A stretch of 64,000 bases of DNA from Mobula hypostoma. Lineage: Eukaryota. The position numbers and the translations under genes were made by a program. The notes beneath the pieces are model-generated. The model saw only the letters and a program-made list of their open reading frames with translations, was not told where the DNA came from and searched no databases. Positions within the stretch are counted from its first letter, which is position 1. Each line of letters begins with the position of its first letter. The stretch lies in NCBI RefSeq assembly GCF_963921235.1, contig NC_086097.1, positions 97,218,001 to 97,282,000 of the forward strand. The letters run 5' to 3'. Shown in pieces: positions 38,005-50,209 of the stretch.

Positions 38005-38039
38005 CTGTGGGCGTGGCGAAAACTAACTTAGAGTTCAAC

Positions 38040-38520
38040 AACGCACACAAAATGCTGGAGAACGCATCAGGCCAGGCAGCATCAATGGAAAAAGAGTATA
38101 GTCGACGTTTCGGGCCGAGACTCTATCAGGACTTGGGGGGGGGGGGTGGAGTGAGAAGTGTCAATGTAAGAAAGCGGGGGGAAGGGGGGAGCTTAAACCA
38201 TGTAGCGGCTGGCGGGGATGAAGTAAAGAGCTGGGAAGTTGATTGGTGAAAGATACGGGGCTGGAGAAGGGGGAATCTGATAGCAAACACCCCATGGAAA
38301 AAAGGGGAGGAGCACCAGAGGGAGGTGATAAGGTGAGGGGGGACATCGCCGGAAGTTCGAGTAATCCATGTTCATGCCATCAGGTTAGAGGCTACGCAGA
38401 CAGAATAGGCGTTGCTCCTTCAACCTGACTGTTCGCATTGCGATAGTAGAGGAGGACATCGACTGACACGTCGGATTGGGAAGTAGGATTAAAATGGGTG
38501 GCCACTGGGAGATCCCGCTT
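38040..38520 (-). mobile_element. Penelope-like 3' fragment with broken hammerhead (38099-38134)
   Basis: GIY-YIG tail MNMDYSNFR; agtc-CUGAU(--)AGAGUCUCGGCCC-GAAACGUC-gacu. Confidence 0.75.
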
Positions 38521-38559
38521 TTAAACAAAGTTAGATGTTAATTGGAAGAATGAACGTAC

Positions 38560-38671
38560 CCAGCAACGTCGCCAAAATCCCCACGATTCCGCTTCCCGAA
38601 CCAAGTTCAAGCAGCTTCTTCCCGGTAAAATTCATCTTCTCGGCCTCAAAATACCGACAAAGAGCAAGGCC
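38560..38671 (-). CDS. EEF1AKMT3: Paralog B internal coding exon (112 nt), motif I
   Basis: Acceptor tttcctcAG and donor G|GTACGT; GLALCRYFEAEKMNFTGKKLLELGSGSGIVGILATLL; 29/37 identical to the paralog A exon. Confidence 0.92.
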
Positions 38672-41364
38672 CTGAGGAAAGAGACAAAATGCGTTTCTAC
38701 ACCACTTTCAGACAGAAGCCGATGTGAGAAAGTGGGAATAGGATGGTGGTAGGGTACGTGCGGAAGACTTTCGTGAGAGAAGGTCAGCGCAGCCTTCCGA
38801 ATTCTGAAGAACAGTTGATTTAAAGGAATCGGGGCCTTAAACGAAGGAGACGAGAGAAATGCAATGGAAACCCAAAACGATTACTATTAACTTGATTAAA
38901 CTTTTACAGTTTTGTTCAGTTTGAAAGTCAGAGCGAAATGATCAAGGACAAGGATTGTGATGTACTGCATTGACAGTATAGGGCAACGGTGGAAAAGTGA
39001 GGCGAAGGGTAGGTCGAAACAGGGTTCAATTCACCTGAAGATAGAAGGAAACAGAATTTCGCTGGTGAAGAGCGCGTTGAACGTTTTGTGCTGGTGAAAT
39101 ATAAATGGTTAATTTGAAGAGAAGGCGGTAACTTGTTGCAAGCTTCTCTCTCACACACCCACTTAACGTTGTTTTACTTACAACACTACAAAAGTATGGT
39201 TATCATATTGTACGTTGTGACTTGCGGACAAAATCGATTTATGGATGTATGCAAATACCAAACCTATTTGTTACCTGGTTTTATGTTGACATTGAGTATG
39301 AGAGACATAGCTAGTGAAGAACCTTGTGTCTCCGTTGGTAGGGACGCGAATCAAACTCCACTAGATTTGAGATTGTAACTCGGCAAGTCTGATTCCATGG
39401 TCAGAAGGACAGGCCAAAGATGGTTCTCGATCAATGCAGGTGTTGGTTGACCCATTCGAAGCGAACTGTGGAACTCGTCCGTGTTCGTTTCTCCGCTTTT
39501 CTCACTAAGATTTCCCTGGTCTTGTCATTTCAGCTTGAGACTCGTCTTTCATCCAACACGTTTACAACTCAGAACTACTTGCGGTTCGAGGCGTATTTTG
39601 TAGATCGGCTCAACTTGTAAGGCTTCATATTTTGGAAATATTTCTTCGGTACCAAACTCGATTTTTTCTTTGTTTTGCATATTCTCTTTACAATGTCATG
39701 CAGCTGGAATCTTTCTCGGGGGGAGAAAACTTCGCCCCCGCCCCGGGAATAATCAGAACCCTGACAAATCCTCATGCTTCCGATGCACATTGTTGCTGCA
39801 CTAAATAACAACGGTGGAGTCTTAGAGTTTTTTTTTTAAATATAGAGCCAGTGGAGTCGCAGTCCTTAAGTTTTAAAGTTTGTCTCATTGTTCTAGCTGA
39901 ATGGACACTGTCGGCATGCGGGTTGAGCACAGGGCCCGTATCTGCGCACTACTGTTCTACCATGCTTTGACTTGTATTGCAGGTTCAAAGGAAGAATCGG
40001 CGGAAGTATTGCATATGGCTTCCCTATCACCGTCTGTGTCTATAGTTTATTTGTGATTCTGTACACATACATTGTCTTAATTGTTTTCCTCCGCTTCTCG
40101 GTAAATCGCTATTTATTATGCTTATAAAGTTCAAACCTCAGCCCAACGGGTACCTTTAACTGATCCTACCCTCATTTTATTCCCACCCTCACAACCACCT
40201 AACACTGGAAATCAGTTACCAATAGGGAAGGTTGGTTTAGAGGAATGTGGGCCAAACTCGGGTCATCAGAACAGAAGATGTTGGATCAGAATTGAGCCAT
40301 GGGGCCCGCCGAGTTTGCCTCGGCGAGGGTCGCTCATGGAAGCAAAGACCTGGTTCCGTGCTGTATAACTCTGAACCTAAACCAGACCACGTGGAGGAAA
40401 CCCCGCCTGGCCGCAGGGACAAAGTGCACAATAACAACACTTGTGATCAGAATTGAAACTGGAGCTGTGCCACTGTCGTTTCCATAACTCTGCCAGATCC
40501 AACCAAATTATCATTTCGGTTAGGAAGAGCTAGCGAAGTGTTCTCCCGTTGGTTATCCTTTCAACTTTCCGGAGCTATTCAGAATCAGGATAATTATCAC
40601 CGGCATATGACGTGAAATTTGTTAACTTAGCAACAACAATTAAATGCAATACATAATTTATTTTTCCTCTAAGTAATTAATTAGTATACGTATATTGAAT
40701 AGATTAAAAGCGTGCAATAACACATACTGTATATTAAAAGTGAGCTAGTGTCCAAGGGTTCAATGTCCATTTAGGAATCGGATGGCAGACGGGAAGAAGC
40801 TGTTCCTGAATTGCTGTGTGTGACTTCAGGCTTCTGTACCTCCTATCTGATGGTAACAGTGAGAAAAGGGCATGCCCTGGGTGCTACAGGTCCTTAATAA
40901 TGGATCTGCCTTTCTGAAGTTGTCCTGGGTACTTCGTAGGCTAGTACCCAAGCTGGAGCTGACCAGATTTACAACCTTCTGCAGTGTCTTTCGGTCCTAT
41001 GCAGGAGCCCCCTCCCCATCTCCATATATGATATGTCTGGTATGTCCAACATTTTCTTCATTTGTTAGATTCCCTGGGTACCAATTATATCAATACAGTA
41101 TATGGTCCAGTCTATTGTACAAAGTCCACGGCGTCTCTCTCTGGTGTACCTGAATGCACCTCGGTTACAATAAGGCAGGCTTTAGGAACGGAAACGTGTC
41201 AAACATCCCCACACAAATGTGCGTCATTCTCCATCGAGGGGCTTATACTACACTGGTTTAAAATCAGAGTACACTCTGCGGGTAGCCTCCCGGAGACGTG
41301 CATGCTTCTGATCCAAGCCACCGCTGCCAGAAGCTCTTCGGCAATTGGCAAAGGTAGAGAGTAA

Positions 41365-42255
41365 TTCACAAGGATGTTACCTGTCCTGGTGGGTTGCTGA
41401 TATAAAGAGGCTGAATGGGCTGGGACCTTTATTTCTCCGGGCACTGGAACCTGATGGGTGACTTTGCAGAGATATTTCAAATCATGGTAAGGTAAAATGT
41501 CAGTCTTTTTCCCTCAAAGTAGGGGAGTCCAAGTCTAGAGGGCATGGAATTTAAGGCGAGTGAGGAGAGAGTTAAAAGGGGACTGAGGGACAAGTTCTTC
41601 CACAAGGAAGATAGTGGGTGTATGGAATAAGCTGTAGAGGCAGGCACAATTATTGAGATTAGAAATCATAGAACACTGCAGCAAAGCAACAGGCCTTTTG
41701 GCCCATTTAGTCTGTGCCGAACTGTTGGCCTAGTCCCTTTGATCTGACCCGGACCATCACCGTCCCATCCATGTACCTATCCAAATCTCTCAAATTTGAA
41801 ATCTATCCCGCATCCAATACTTCCACGCTCTCACGACTTCGAGTGAAAAAGCTCTCCCCGAGTATTCACTGTCCGCCTTTAACTCTAGTTCTAGTCTCAC
41901 ACAACCTGGGTGGGTGGGTGGGTGCAGGGGGAACCTACTTACACTGGCCCTACCAATAACCCTAATAACTTTACATACTTCTATCAAATCTCCACTCAAT
42001 CTTCTACGTTCTAAGGAGTAAAGCCCTAACCTGTCCAATCCTTCCCCGTACATCAGGCCCTTAAATCCTAGCAACATCCTTGTAAATTTTCTCTGCACTT
42101 TCAATCGTATTAATCTTTCCTGTCGTCATTTAAAAGACATTTGCTCGGATACATGGATAGAAAACATTGTGGGGGATATGGGCCAAACACAAGCAAGAAG
42201 GACTGGCTTGGATAGATGTCACAGACAACGAGAACGAGTTGTACTGAAGGGCTTG
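41365..42255. mobile_element. CR1 3' fragments in both orientations
   Basis: Minus ORF 41790..42104 (VQRKFTRML...LERRRLSGDLIEV) flanked by plus-strand CR1 pieces. Confidence 0.7.
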
Positions 42256-42310
42256 GTGTATCAGGATTTCTCTTAAGCAAAATAGACTGGTAATAGGTTA
42301 TCAGACTTAC

Positions 42311-42436
42311 AGGACTCCAGACATAAGCAGAAACGCCCAATGAAGATTCTTTAAACAGACTAATCTTCATAGTATGTCCATCAAATTCATAATCTCTCTC
42401 CTCCAACAACATACTGTTATTTTCTGTACCAGACAT
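42311..42436 (-). CDS. EEF1AKMT3: Paralog B first identified coding exon
   Basis: MSGTENNSMLLEERDYEFDGHTMKISLFKESSLGVSAYVWSP then donor GTAAGT (42310). YEFDGHTMKI and LGVSAYVW match the METTL21 N-terminal pattern. An acceptor ctttaatctcAG puts the exon start at 42468, with the frame open to the ATG. Confidence 0.85.
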
Positions 42437-42529
42437 GTAGAGTTCACGAGTCTGATCCAAGAATTTACCTGAGATTAAAGGAGAGCAGGGCGTGATTTAA
42501 TTGTGTGTTAATTGCTGTCTATTAAGGAG

Positions 42530-42700
42530 GTTGTAGCTTCTCCCCATGGCCACGTGAGTTTCCTCCGGGTGCTCCGGATTCCTCAGAGTCCAAAGACCTA
42601 CCGGTTAATTGTCCCGTGATTAGGCTAGGGTTAAATTGGGGGGGGGGGATTACTGGGCGGTGTTGCTCAAAGGGTCTATTCTGTGCTGTATTTATCGAAG
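42530..42700 (+). mobile_element. V-SINE (HE1-like) fragment
   Basis: CGTGAGTTTCCTCCGGGTGCTCCGGATTCCTC V-domain followed by a CR1-like tail. Confidence 0.75.
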
Positions 42701-42799
42701 TTGATAAACAGATGAATAAATACTACTCACGTACTGTAAAATAGATTACACTTCCAATAAATTTAATCACTGATTCAGCGTGACCCTAATGACTCCAGT

Positions 42800-43555
42800 A
42801 TTGTCTTAAAACAGCGAGAAATGCCGATTCCTGCTGAATTCCCAGTTGACAATGAAAACATGCCGGGGACAGGAGGCATAATCCATAGATCCAAAGCAAG
42901 GGCAAAATAGAATAATAAATAAACAAACAACAATTATCGAGAACATGAGATGTAGAGTCCTTGAAAGTGAGTATATTGGTTATGGGGACATTTCGATAAT
43001 GGGGCAAGTTATCCCCTTTTGTTCAAGAGCCTGGTGGTTGAGGGGTAATAACTGTTCCTGAACCTGGTGGCGTCAGGGGTGTTAACTGTTCCTGAACCTT
43101 GTGGTTGAGGGGTATTAACTGTTCCTGAACCTGGTGGTTGAGTCTGAGGCTCTTGTAACTTACTCCTGGTGGCATGAGTAAGACGAGAGCTTGACCTCGG
43201 TGGTGGGGGTCCCTGATTATGGATGCTGATTTCCTGCTACAGCATTTCATGTAGATGTGCTTAATGGAGGGAAGGTTTTTACCTGTGATGGACCGGCCTG
43301 TCTCCACTTTTTTTGTAGGATTTCCCGATCAAGGGTATGATGTTTCCATACCAGGCTGTGATGCAGCTGGTCAATATACTGACCGCTACATATCTATAGA
43401 AGTTTGTCAAAGTTTCAGATGCAATGCCAAATTACCGCAAACTCCTAAGGAAGCCAGAGGCGCTGCCGTGCTTTCTCTGTGCTGGGCCCGGGGCAGGTCC
43501 TTCGAAATAACACCGACCCTCGTTGCTGACCCTCTCCACCTCTGATCCTCCTATG
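42800..43555 (-). mobile_element. Rex-Babar 3' fragment with an internal tandem duplication of about 32 nt (43025-43145)
   Basis: SIIRDPHH...PPGVSYKSLR; repeated aactgttcctgaacctggtggttgagggg. Confidence 0.75.
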
Positions 43556-44545
43556 AGGAGTGGTGTAGAGTGGTCCAGAGAAGATGGAAAGCGGTATATA
43601 GGACCAACGTAATATCTGATAATCCGACGCGAAACTAATCTTGGTAATACAGGGTAAACTGTTTACGATTTTGTTTTATTGTCATGCAAGCGACGTGAGC
43701 TTTCACAGGGCCGTCCTTGAGGTGGCTTGCTGCCTTCCCGAGGCATTGTAGTCCTTGGGGTGTGGTTGTGATGTTACCAGGGAGAGATTTCCAGGATCTT
43801 AAGCCAGGGTGAAGAAACGGCGAGATGTCGTGCGTGGCAGGGAGAACAGCCGCCGGGCGGCCGCGTTCCTGAGCTGCCCTTCTTGCTGCTGGAGGTCGTG
43901 TGTTTGAAAGGTGCTTTTCAAAGTGTTCTGGTGAATTGCCGCTGTGCATCCTGCAGATAGTCCCCGCAGTCTGAACTATGTGTGGATGGGTTAATTGGGC
44001 GTGGGGGTTGGAGAAAGAACCAACTCATCGTGTTTCCAAATTGTGCCTTTCTACCACTCTGGTTCTGAACAAAATAATGGAAAAGCTGTGAAATATGGAG
44101 CTAAAGGTAATGCTTAGCGGATCTTGTGGTAGTAATGAAGAGAGAAAATTCAAGTCAATAACACAAGGATTAGCTCTGAATTTTAAAAATCAGATTAGTT
44201 CTGAATTTTTTTAAAAGGAGATTATATGAAGTTGTTGGTCTTGATATTGAGTCTGGAAGATCGTGAAGTGCCTAAACAGATAAGGCACTATTCCTCCATC
44301 TTTCACTGGGCTTCATTACAACAACCACCGACCGATCGGGCCGAGTGGGAGTTGGATGAAGAAGAGGCAGGTGACAGTTAACTCTGAGTCTGCTCTTCGG
44401 ATAGAGGGCGGTGTTCGGCAAAGTATAAAAATGCAAGTCCAAGTGTATTACCACATCACCTGAAAAGAGTGTTAGAGTCTCCAGATGGTGGAAAAGGAAG
44501 AGAGAAAGGCTGGCCGTAGTAGCCCGTTCCCCCTTTTCAACTCAC

Positions 44546-44650
44546 CCTTGCTCCTGTAATGAGCTCTGCGGAGCGCGGGAGAGCACTGGGCTCGGGTTTT
44601 TTGCGCACCTGAAATGGTTAATTGCTGATTAACGATCGTCGTTAATCGTT
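44546..44650 (-). promoter_or_regulatory. Candidate upstream (probably non-coding) first exon/promoter region of paralog B
   Basis: Strong donor AGG|GTGAGT at 44545 on minus in CpG-rich, apparently unique sequence; the exon at 42468 has an acceptor and needs an upstream donor. Confidence 0.35.
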
Positions 44651-44789
44651 TGAGTTCCTTCTGTTTTTTCCTCAAACGTCTCGCTCTTTGTAATGTGGCT
44701 TCCAGCTGCCTTCTGTTTAAGCTTATTAAATTTATTTTGATTGGGTCGGGGATTCCGTGTTACTTGTGTTATTTAACAAACAAACTTGC

Positions 44790-45117
44790 CCCCAAACTTG
44801 CACCTGACATCTCCTCTGTACCTACTTCCAAGCACCTTTAAGCTATGCCCTCTCATGTTAGCCACTTCACCCCTGGGGAAAAGCTTCTGACTCTACAGAA
44901 TCAATGCCTCCCATCATCTTATATACCTCTATCAGGTCACCTCTCATCCTCCGTTGCTCCAAGAAGAAAAGGCCGAGTTCACTCAACCTATTCTCATAAG
45001 GCATGCTCCCCAATCCAGGCAACATCCTTGTAAATCTCCTCTGCACCCTTTCTATGGTTTCCACATCCTTCCTGTAGTGAGGTGACCAGAACTGAGCACA
45101 GTACTCCAAGTGGGGTC
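44790..45117 (-). mobile_element. CR1 fragment
   Basis: EYCAQFWSPHYRKDVETIERVQRRFTRMLPG. Confidence 0.85.
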
Positions 45118-46065
45118 ATCCTTGCGTCATTCTAAGATGACTGACCCTTGGTTCAAGGACAGCTTAATCAGGGGAAGTGTAGTCCCTGCATCTTCCCTGT
45201 TGAGACCTGGAAGGGTTTAAAGGTTTGGTTCATATTGGAAGGAGATTGGATTGAATAGAATCCCCCTTAGAGTTTTAAAAGAACTTGGTAATGGAAACAA
45301 GCCATTGCAACATATCCAGAGGAGGATATGAACTCTGTTGCAAATTCAAAGATATTTGCTCTAGCATTAATTCAGAGATGAAAACAGTAACAATGTCACC
45401 ACATATAGAATCCTGGATACTTTAGGTGCCTGGCTCCATTTAAATATTGCTTCTGTGGGGTCTATCATTGAATGCCCTATCCACTTCCATTTTAATTACC
45501 ATTACTAATCAGTCCAACCTGGGTCAGGAGGTTGTGGGACATCAAGAGTCTAAAATAATAAAGCTGATTATTTGGAAAGAGAGGAAAGGGAGACACTAAT
45601 TTACTGAGGTGTTCTTCCCAGCAGATCCACATGGGTGGGCTTACTATATGGGAAAAGAAACCTACTTCCACCATGACATTTATGTAGATAGACTTGGCTG
45701 TGAGAGTCAGCAATGGGTGGTTAGGGGCAAGACGCTGGGTCCAGAGCACTAGGTTTGTGTACGTGCTATCTCTCAGTTCATCTCTCTCTCGGGTACTCTG
45801 CTATTGCATTTCTTGCTCTGATGCTTTCCTGTACTTCATTTCACTGCTGTTTCAGCTTTCCCACAGAAAATTTCTGCTACTTCAGATGAAAAGGGTCATC
45901 AGCCTGAAATTTTATCTGTTTCTCTCTGCACAGCTGCCTCCTGGCTAAATAAGTAACACTCTCTAGTTATTGCTTCATTCATATCACCTCTTTCATTTCT
46001 AACAAGTACTGTCTGTCATTTTACCTCACTATCTGACACTATCTTACCTCATCTCTGCCATTGCT

Positions 46066-47425
46066 TGGAAACTGCTGGAGTCAGTTATCAAAGATGTGAT
46101 AACAGCACATTTGGAAAGCGGTGAAATCATCGGACAAAGTCAGCATGGATTTGTGAAAGGAAAATCATGTCTGATGAATCTCATAGAATTTTTTGAGGAC
46201 GTAACTAGTAGAGTGAATAGGGGAGAACCAGTGGATGTGGTATATTTGGATTTTCAAAAGGCTTTTGACAAGGTCCCACACAGGAGATTAATGTGCAAAC
46301 TTAAAGCGCGCGGTATTGGGGGTAAGGTATTGATGTGGATAGAGAATTGGTTACGGGACCAATTGGAAATGGGACCTTTTCAGAATGGCAGGCAGTGACT
46401 AGTGGGGTACCACAAGGCTCAGTGCTGAGACCCCAGTTGTTTACAATATATATTAATGACTTGGATGAGGGAATTAAATGCAGCATCTCCAAGTTTGCGG
46501 ATGACACGAAGCTGGGCGGCAGTGTTAGCTGTGAGGAGGATGCTAAGAGGATGCAGGGTGACTTGGATAGGTTGGGTGAGTGGGCAAATTCATGGCAGAT
46601 GCAAATTAATGTGGATAAATGTGAAGTTATCCACTTTGGTGGCAAAAATAGGAAAACAGATTATTATCTGAATGGTGGCCGATTAGGAAAAGGGGAGGTG
46701 CAACGAGACCTGGGTGTCATTATACACCAGTCATTGAAAGTGGGCATGCAGGTACAGCAGGCGGTGAAAAAGGCGAATGGTATGCTGGCATTTATAGCGA
46801 GAGGATTCGAGTACAGGAGCAGGGAGGTACTACTGCAGTTGTACAAGGCCTTGGTGAGACCACACCTGGAGTATTGTGTGCAGTTTTGGTCCCCTAATCT
46901 GAGGAAAGACATCCTTGCCATAGAGGGAGTACAAAGTAGGTTCACCAGATTGATTCCTGGGATGGCAGGACTTTCATATGAAGAAAGACTGGATGAACTA
47001 GGCTTGTACTCATTGGAATTTAGAAGATTGAGGGGGGGATCTGATTGAAATGTATAAAATCCTAAAGGGATTGGACAGGCTAGATGCAGGGGGATTGTTC
47101 CCGATGTTGGGGAAGTCCAGAATGAGGGGTCACAGTTTGAGGATAAGGGGGAAGCCTTTTAGGACTGAGATGAGGAAAAACTTCTTCACACAGAGAGTGG
47201 TGAATCTGTGGAAGTCTCTGCCACAGGAAACAGTTGAGGCCAGTTCATTGGCTATATTTAAGAGGGAGTTAGATATGGCCCTTGTGGCTACGGGGATCAC
47301 GGGGTATGGAGGGAAGTCTGGTGCAGGGTTCTGTGTTGGATGATCAGCCATGATCATAATAAATGGCGGTGCAGGCTCGAAGGGCCGAATGGCCTACTCC
47401 TGCACCTATTTTCTATGTTTCTATT
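46066..47425 (+). mobile_element. Young CR1 3' fragment, near-identical to 35866-36890
   Basis: [41 protein letters not shown]; same tail. Confidence 0.95.
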
Positions 47426-48344
47426 CTTTCTTGTATAACCCCTCTGAAGATTTGGCCCACCAAATGTGGATATTTTAATCCCCTTTCCACCTAGATGAGC
47501 AGACTCATCATTTAGGAAAGATTCATCGATTCAAAGCAAAGTTAATGTGGTTTCATGAGGATCTAACAAGCAGAGTAGACATAGGGACTGGATTTGGACT
47601 TTCAAAAAGTGTCTGTCAAGGGAGCACATAAGAGATTGGCGGATATGAGTTCGTGGTATTGGATGAAGTGCATTAGTTTGGATTAAATAATGGACATCAC
47701 ATAGAAAACAGAAAGTTGGAATGAACAAAATATTTATTTTAGGTTTGCTTTGTTGCTAATTACATACAACATACATTAAAAACATTCCAGGGAATGACTT
47801 TGCCAAACAACTATACTTGTTCACTAGTCACAGTTGATTAAAACAACTCAAACATTCACCACATAGTGTGAAATGATCACTTAACTCAACCGTTTAATTT
47901 ACAATTTCCAAATCTCACAACTTGCATTCAGAAATTGTCCACTCTTGTTGAACCTGGCTGGAGTTCAATCTGGCAAGTTCTGAGTCCTTGACTATCAAAT
48001 GCATCTAGTTCTTGCCCTGTCTTCAGGTCACATTCAGATATTTACAGGGCTGTAAAGCTGTCCCAGCCATGTGCTCAGTTGAGGCTGACCAGGTGTTGAT
48101 GACAGGAACTTTATTCACTGTGCCCCTTTGTTTGGTGGTTTCCAGCATTTCTTCCCTGGCAGCAAGGTATTATCCCAAAGCATGGTGATATATTTGATAT
48201 CTCCCCGGCTGCTACTGGATGTTGTAACTTATGGAGTACCCCAGGAATCAGCTCTTAGTCTTCAGTTATTTACTATTTACATTCATGATTTGGAGGTAGA
48301 AGCAGAGTGTAATGTATCCAAGTGTGCTGATGACACAAAAATGC

Positions 48345-49010
48345 TGACCTGCATTGTAGCTGTTCCCCCAACAGTGAGGGTTGTATGGTATTGAAGGCAA
48401 TTGAGAAATCAAAAAACATTATCTTCACGGCGATGCCCTGCTTATCAAAATGGGAGTATGTTCTGTTCAGCAGGTAGATGATGGCATCATCGACTTTGGT
48501 GTGGTCCTGATAGGCAAACTGCAGGGGATCGAGGCCTGATCTGACCAGGTGTTGGAGGTGAGCCAGGACCAGCCTCTCTGGGGTCTTCATGATGTGGGAG
48601 GTTAGGGCCACTGGACGGTAATCATTCAAGACTTTCAGTCGGCCCTTGGGTACTGGGACTGTGTTTTCCAGACAAGCAAGACCCTTTCCAGGCTGAGACT
48701 CAGACTTAAAATGCATTGAACTTCCACAACTGCTCAACACACTCCCTCAGGACCTTGGGGTTCACTCCATCTGATCCCAATACTTTGCCGTGTCTGTGTT
48801 CCCAGAGCCCTTCTCACCTGCTCAGTAGTGAAGGAGAGTCCATAGTGAATGAGGAGTTGACAGAAGTGGGACCAGGGGAGGAGAAGATCAGGATAGTAGT
48901 ATTTGGTATGTGGACGTATGGATGGTAAGTGCAGGGGAAGGAGAGGTTGTAAACTGTGGTAGCATGTGTTGTTCATCCAAGTGTTGAACTGGACAGGGGA
49001 GGAGGGAGGA
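48345..49010 (-). mobile_element. Rex-Babar RT fragment
   Basis: LNDYRPVALTSHIMK...DPLQFAY...MFFDFSIAFNTIQP. Confidence 0.82.
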
Positions 49011-49016
49011 TGGGAG

Positions 49017-49908
49017 TGTGACGAGAATACACATAGATTAAGATGTTAGCTGTCCTGTGCTGGCACCAGTGGGATCAGCAGTTGGTCTGCCACCTGTCTT
49101 CAGGAGAAAGAGAGATAAGGAAAACAATGGAGCAGCATTTGGGGATGTGAATGAAGGAACGGAAGAGTTTAACGGAAGGAGAGCTGTCAAGATCGGCTCC
49201 CCCTTTGAACCCTGAACTGTTTGAAGTGATGGACAGGTGATATCCCAGCAGGGGGATAAAAAGGGACAGGTTCACTAAGGCAGGACACACACGACACCAT
49301 GAGGTAACGAGACCCTGGAAGCGGTGCGTCTCCCATAAGTCGGTGGGAAGTTTTGGAGGGCTGGTTGCGGGACCAAGCACAGGGTGGAAAGGCACGATCG
49401 GCGGGAACCTAGTGTGTGTCCGCCCTTGCATGGGTGCCAGGTTCACCGCAGAGAAACGATCGTATCTGGAAACGGAGGGGTCACGGTCGGTGACCTCAGA
49501 AGACATTACGAAGGGCTCGCCCGAAAGCTGAATGCGAAGAATATCGAAGGTCTGTGTGGAAGCCGTTTGAATATTCATTCGTCTTTGCTCTCTCTCTCCT
49601 TCCCCCCACTGTCCATCTCCCACGGCAGTGATTACGGTGAACTGAACTGAACTCAATTGAACCGAACTTTGCATCACTTTGAAACTGGTCATTTACCCCT
49701 AGACGACGATAGAGCTTGATTAATCCTGTTATCCTAATTCTGTGTACCTGTGTGTTTATCATTGCTGAACTGTTGCATTTATTATCCTTTTGATTAGAGT
49801 ACTGTGTTGCTTGTTTCTTTAATAAAACTTCCTTAGTTCTAGTAATCCAGACTCCAACTGAGTGACCATTTCTGCTGGTTTGGCAACCCAGTTACGGGGT
49901 ACGTAAGA
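49017..49908 (+). mobile_element. Solo LTR, family 2, 892 bp
   Basis: TGTGAC...GTAAGA (terminal CA mutated); 4-bp TSD GGAG (49013-16, 49909-12). Confidence 0.87.
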
Positions 49909-50209
49909 GGAGGCATTGGAAGACATGAACATACACTCAGTGGCCATTTAATTAGTGGTAACTGAGTATACAAGATAGTAAAGAGAGGGGAAAAAATTGC
50001 AAAAACAACAGTGCAGAAAAAAAGCTGAAGGTACAACCCATGGCATTGTGAGATGTGATCTGTGGTGTTCCATTACTGAGGTAGGGTTAGGAGTGTGCAG
50101 GTCAGTTCAGGAAGCTGATGGACGTAGGAAAGTTGCTGTTCCTGAACCTGGTGGTGTAGGAATTCTGTACCTCCTGCCTCATGGTAGCAGTAAGAGGAGG
50201 GCTTTAGTA

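Larger units (their letters stand above)
33600..42436 (-). other. EEF1AKMT3: Gene model, paralog B: EEF1AKMT3/METTL21B-like methyltransferase, 212 aa; complement(join(33600..34000,38560..38671,42311..42436))
   Basis: 126+112+401 = 639 nt, open frame, canonical GT-AG junctions in phase 0 then phase 1; the phase-1 junction is the same as in paralog A. Confidence 0.9.

Noticed and set aside
42110..42460. 116-aa single-exon protein
   Set aside because: Only 42311-42436 (up to 42468) is exon; the rest reads through the GTAAGT donor into intron and CR1 sequence.
18978..49908. A single 31-kb LTR retrotransposon that captured paralog B
   Set aside because: Each LTR has its own complete TSD (GTGG vs GGAG) and there is no gag-pol between them, so these are independent solo LTRs.
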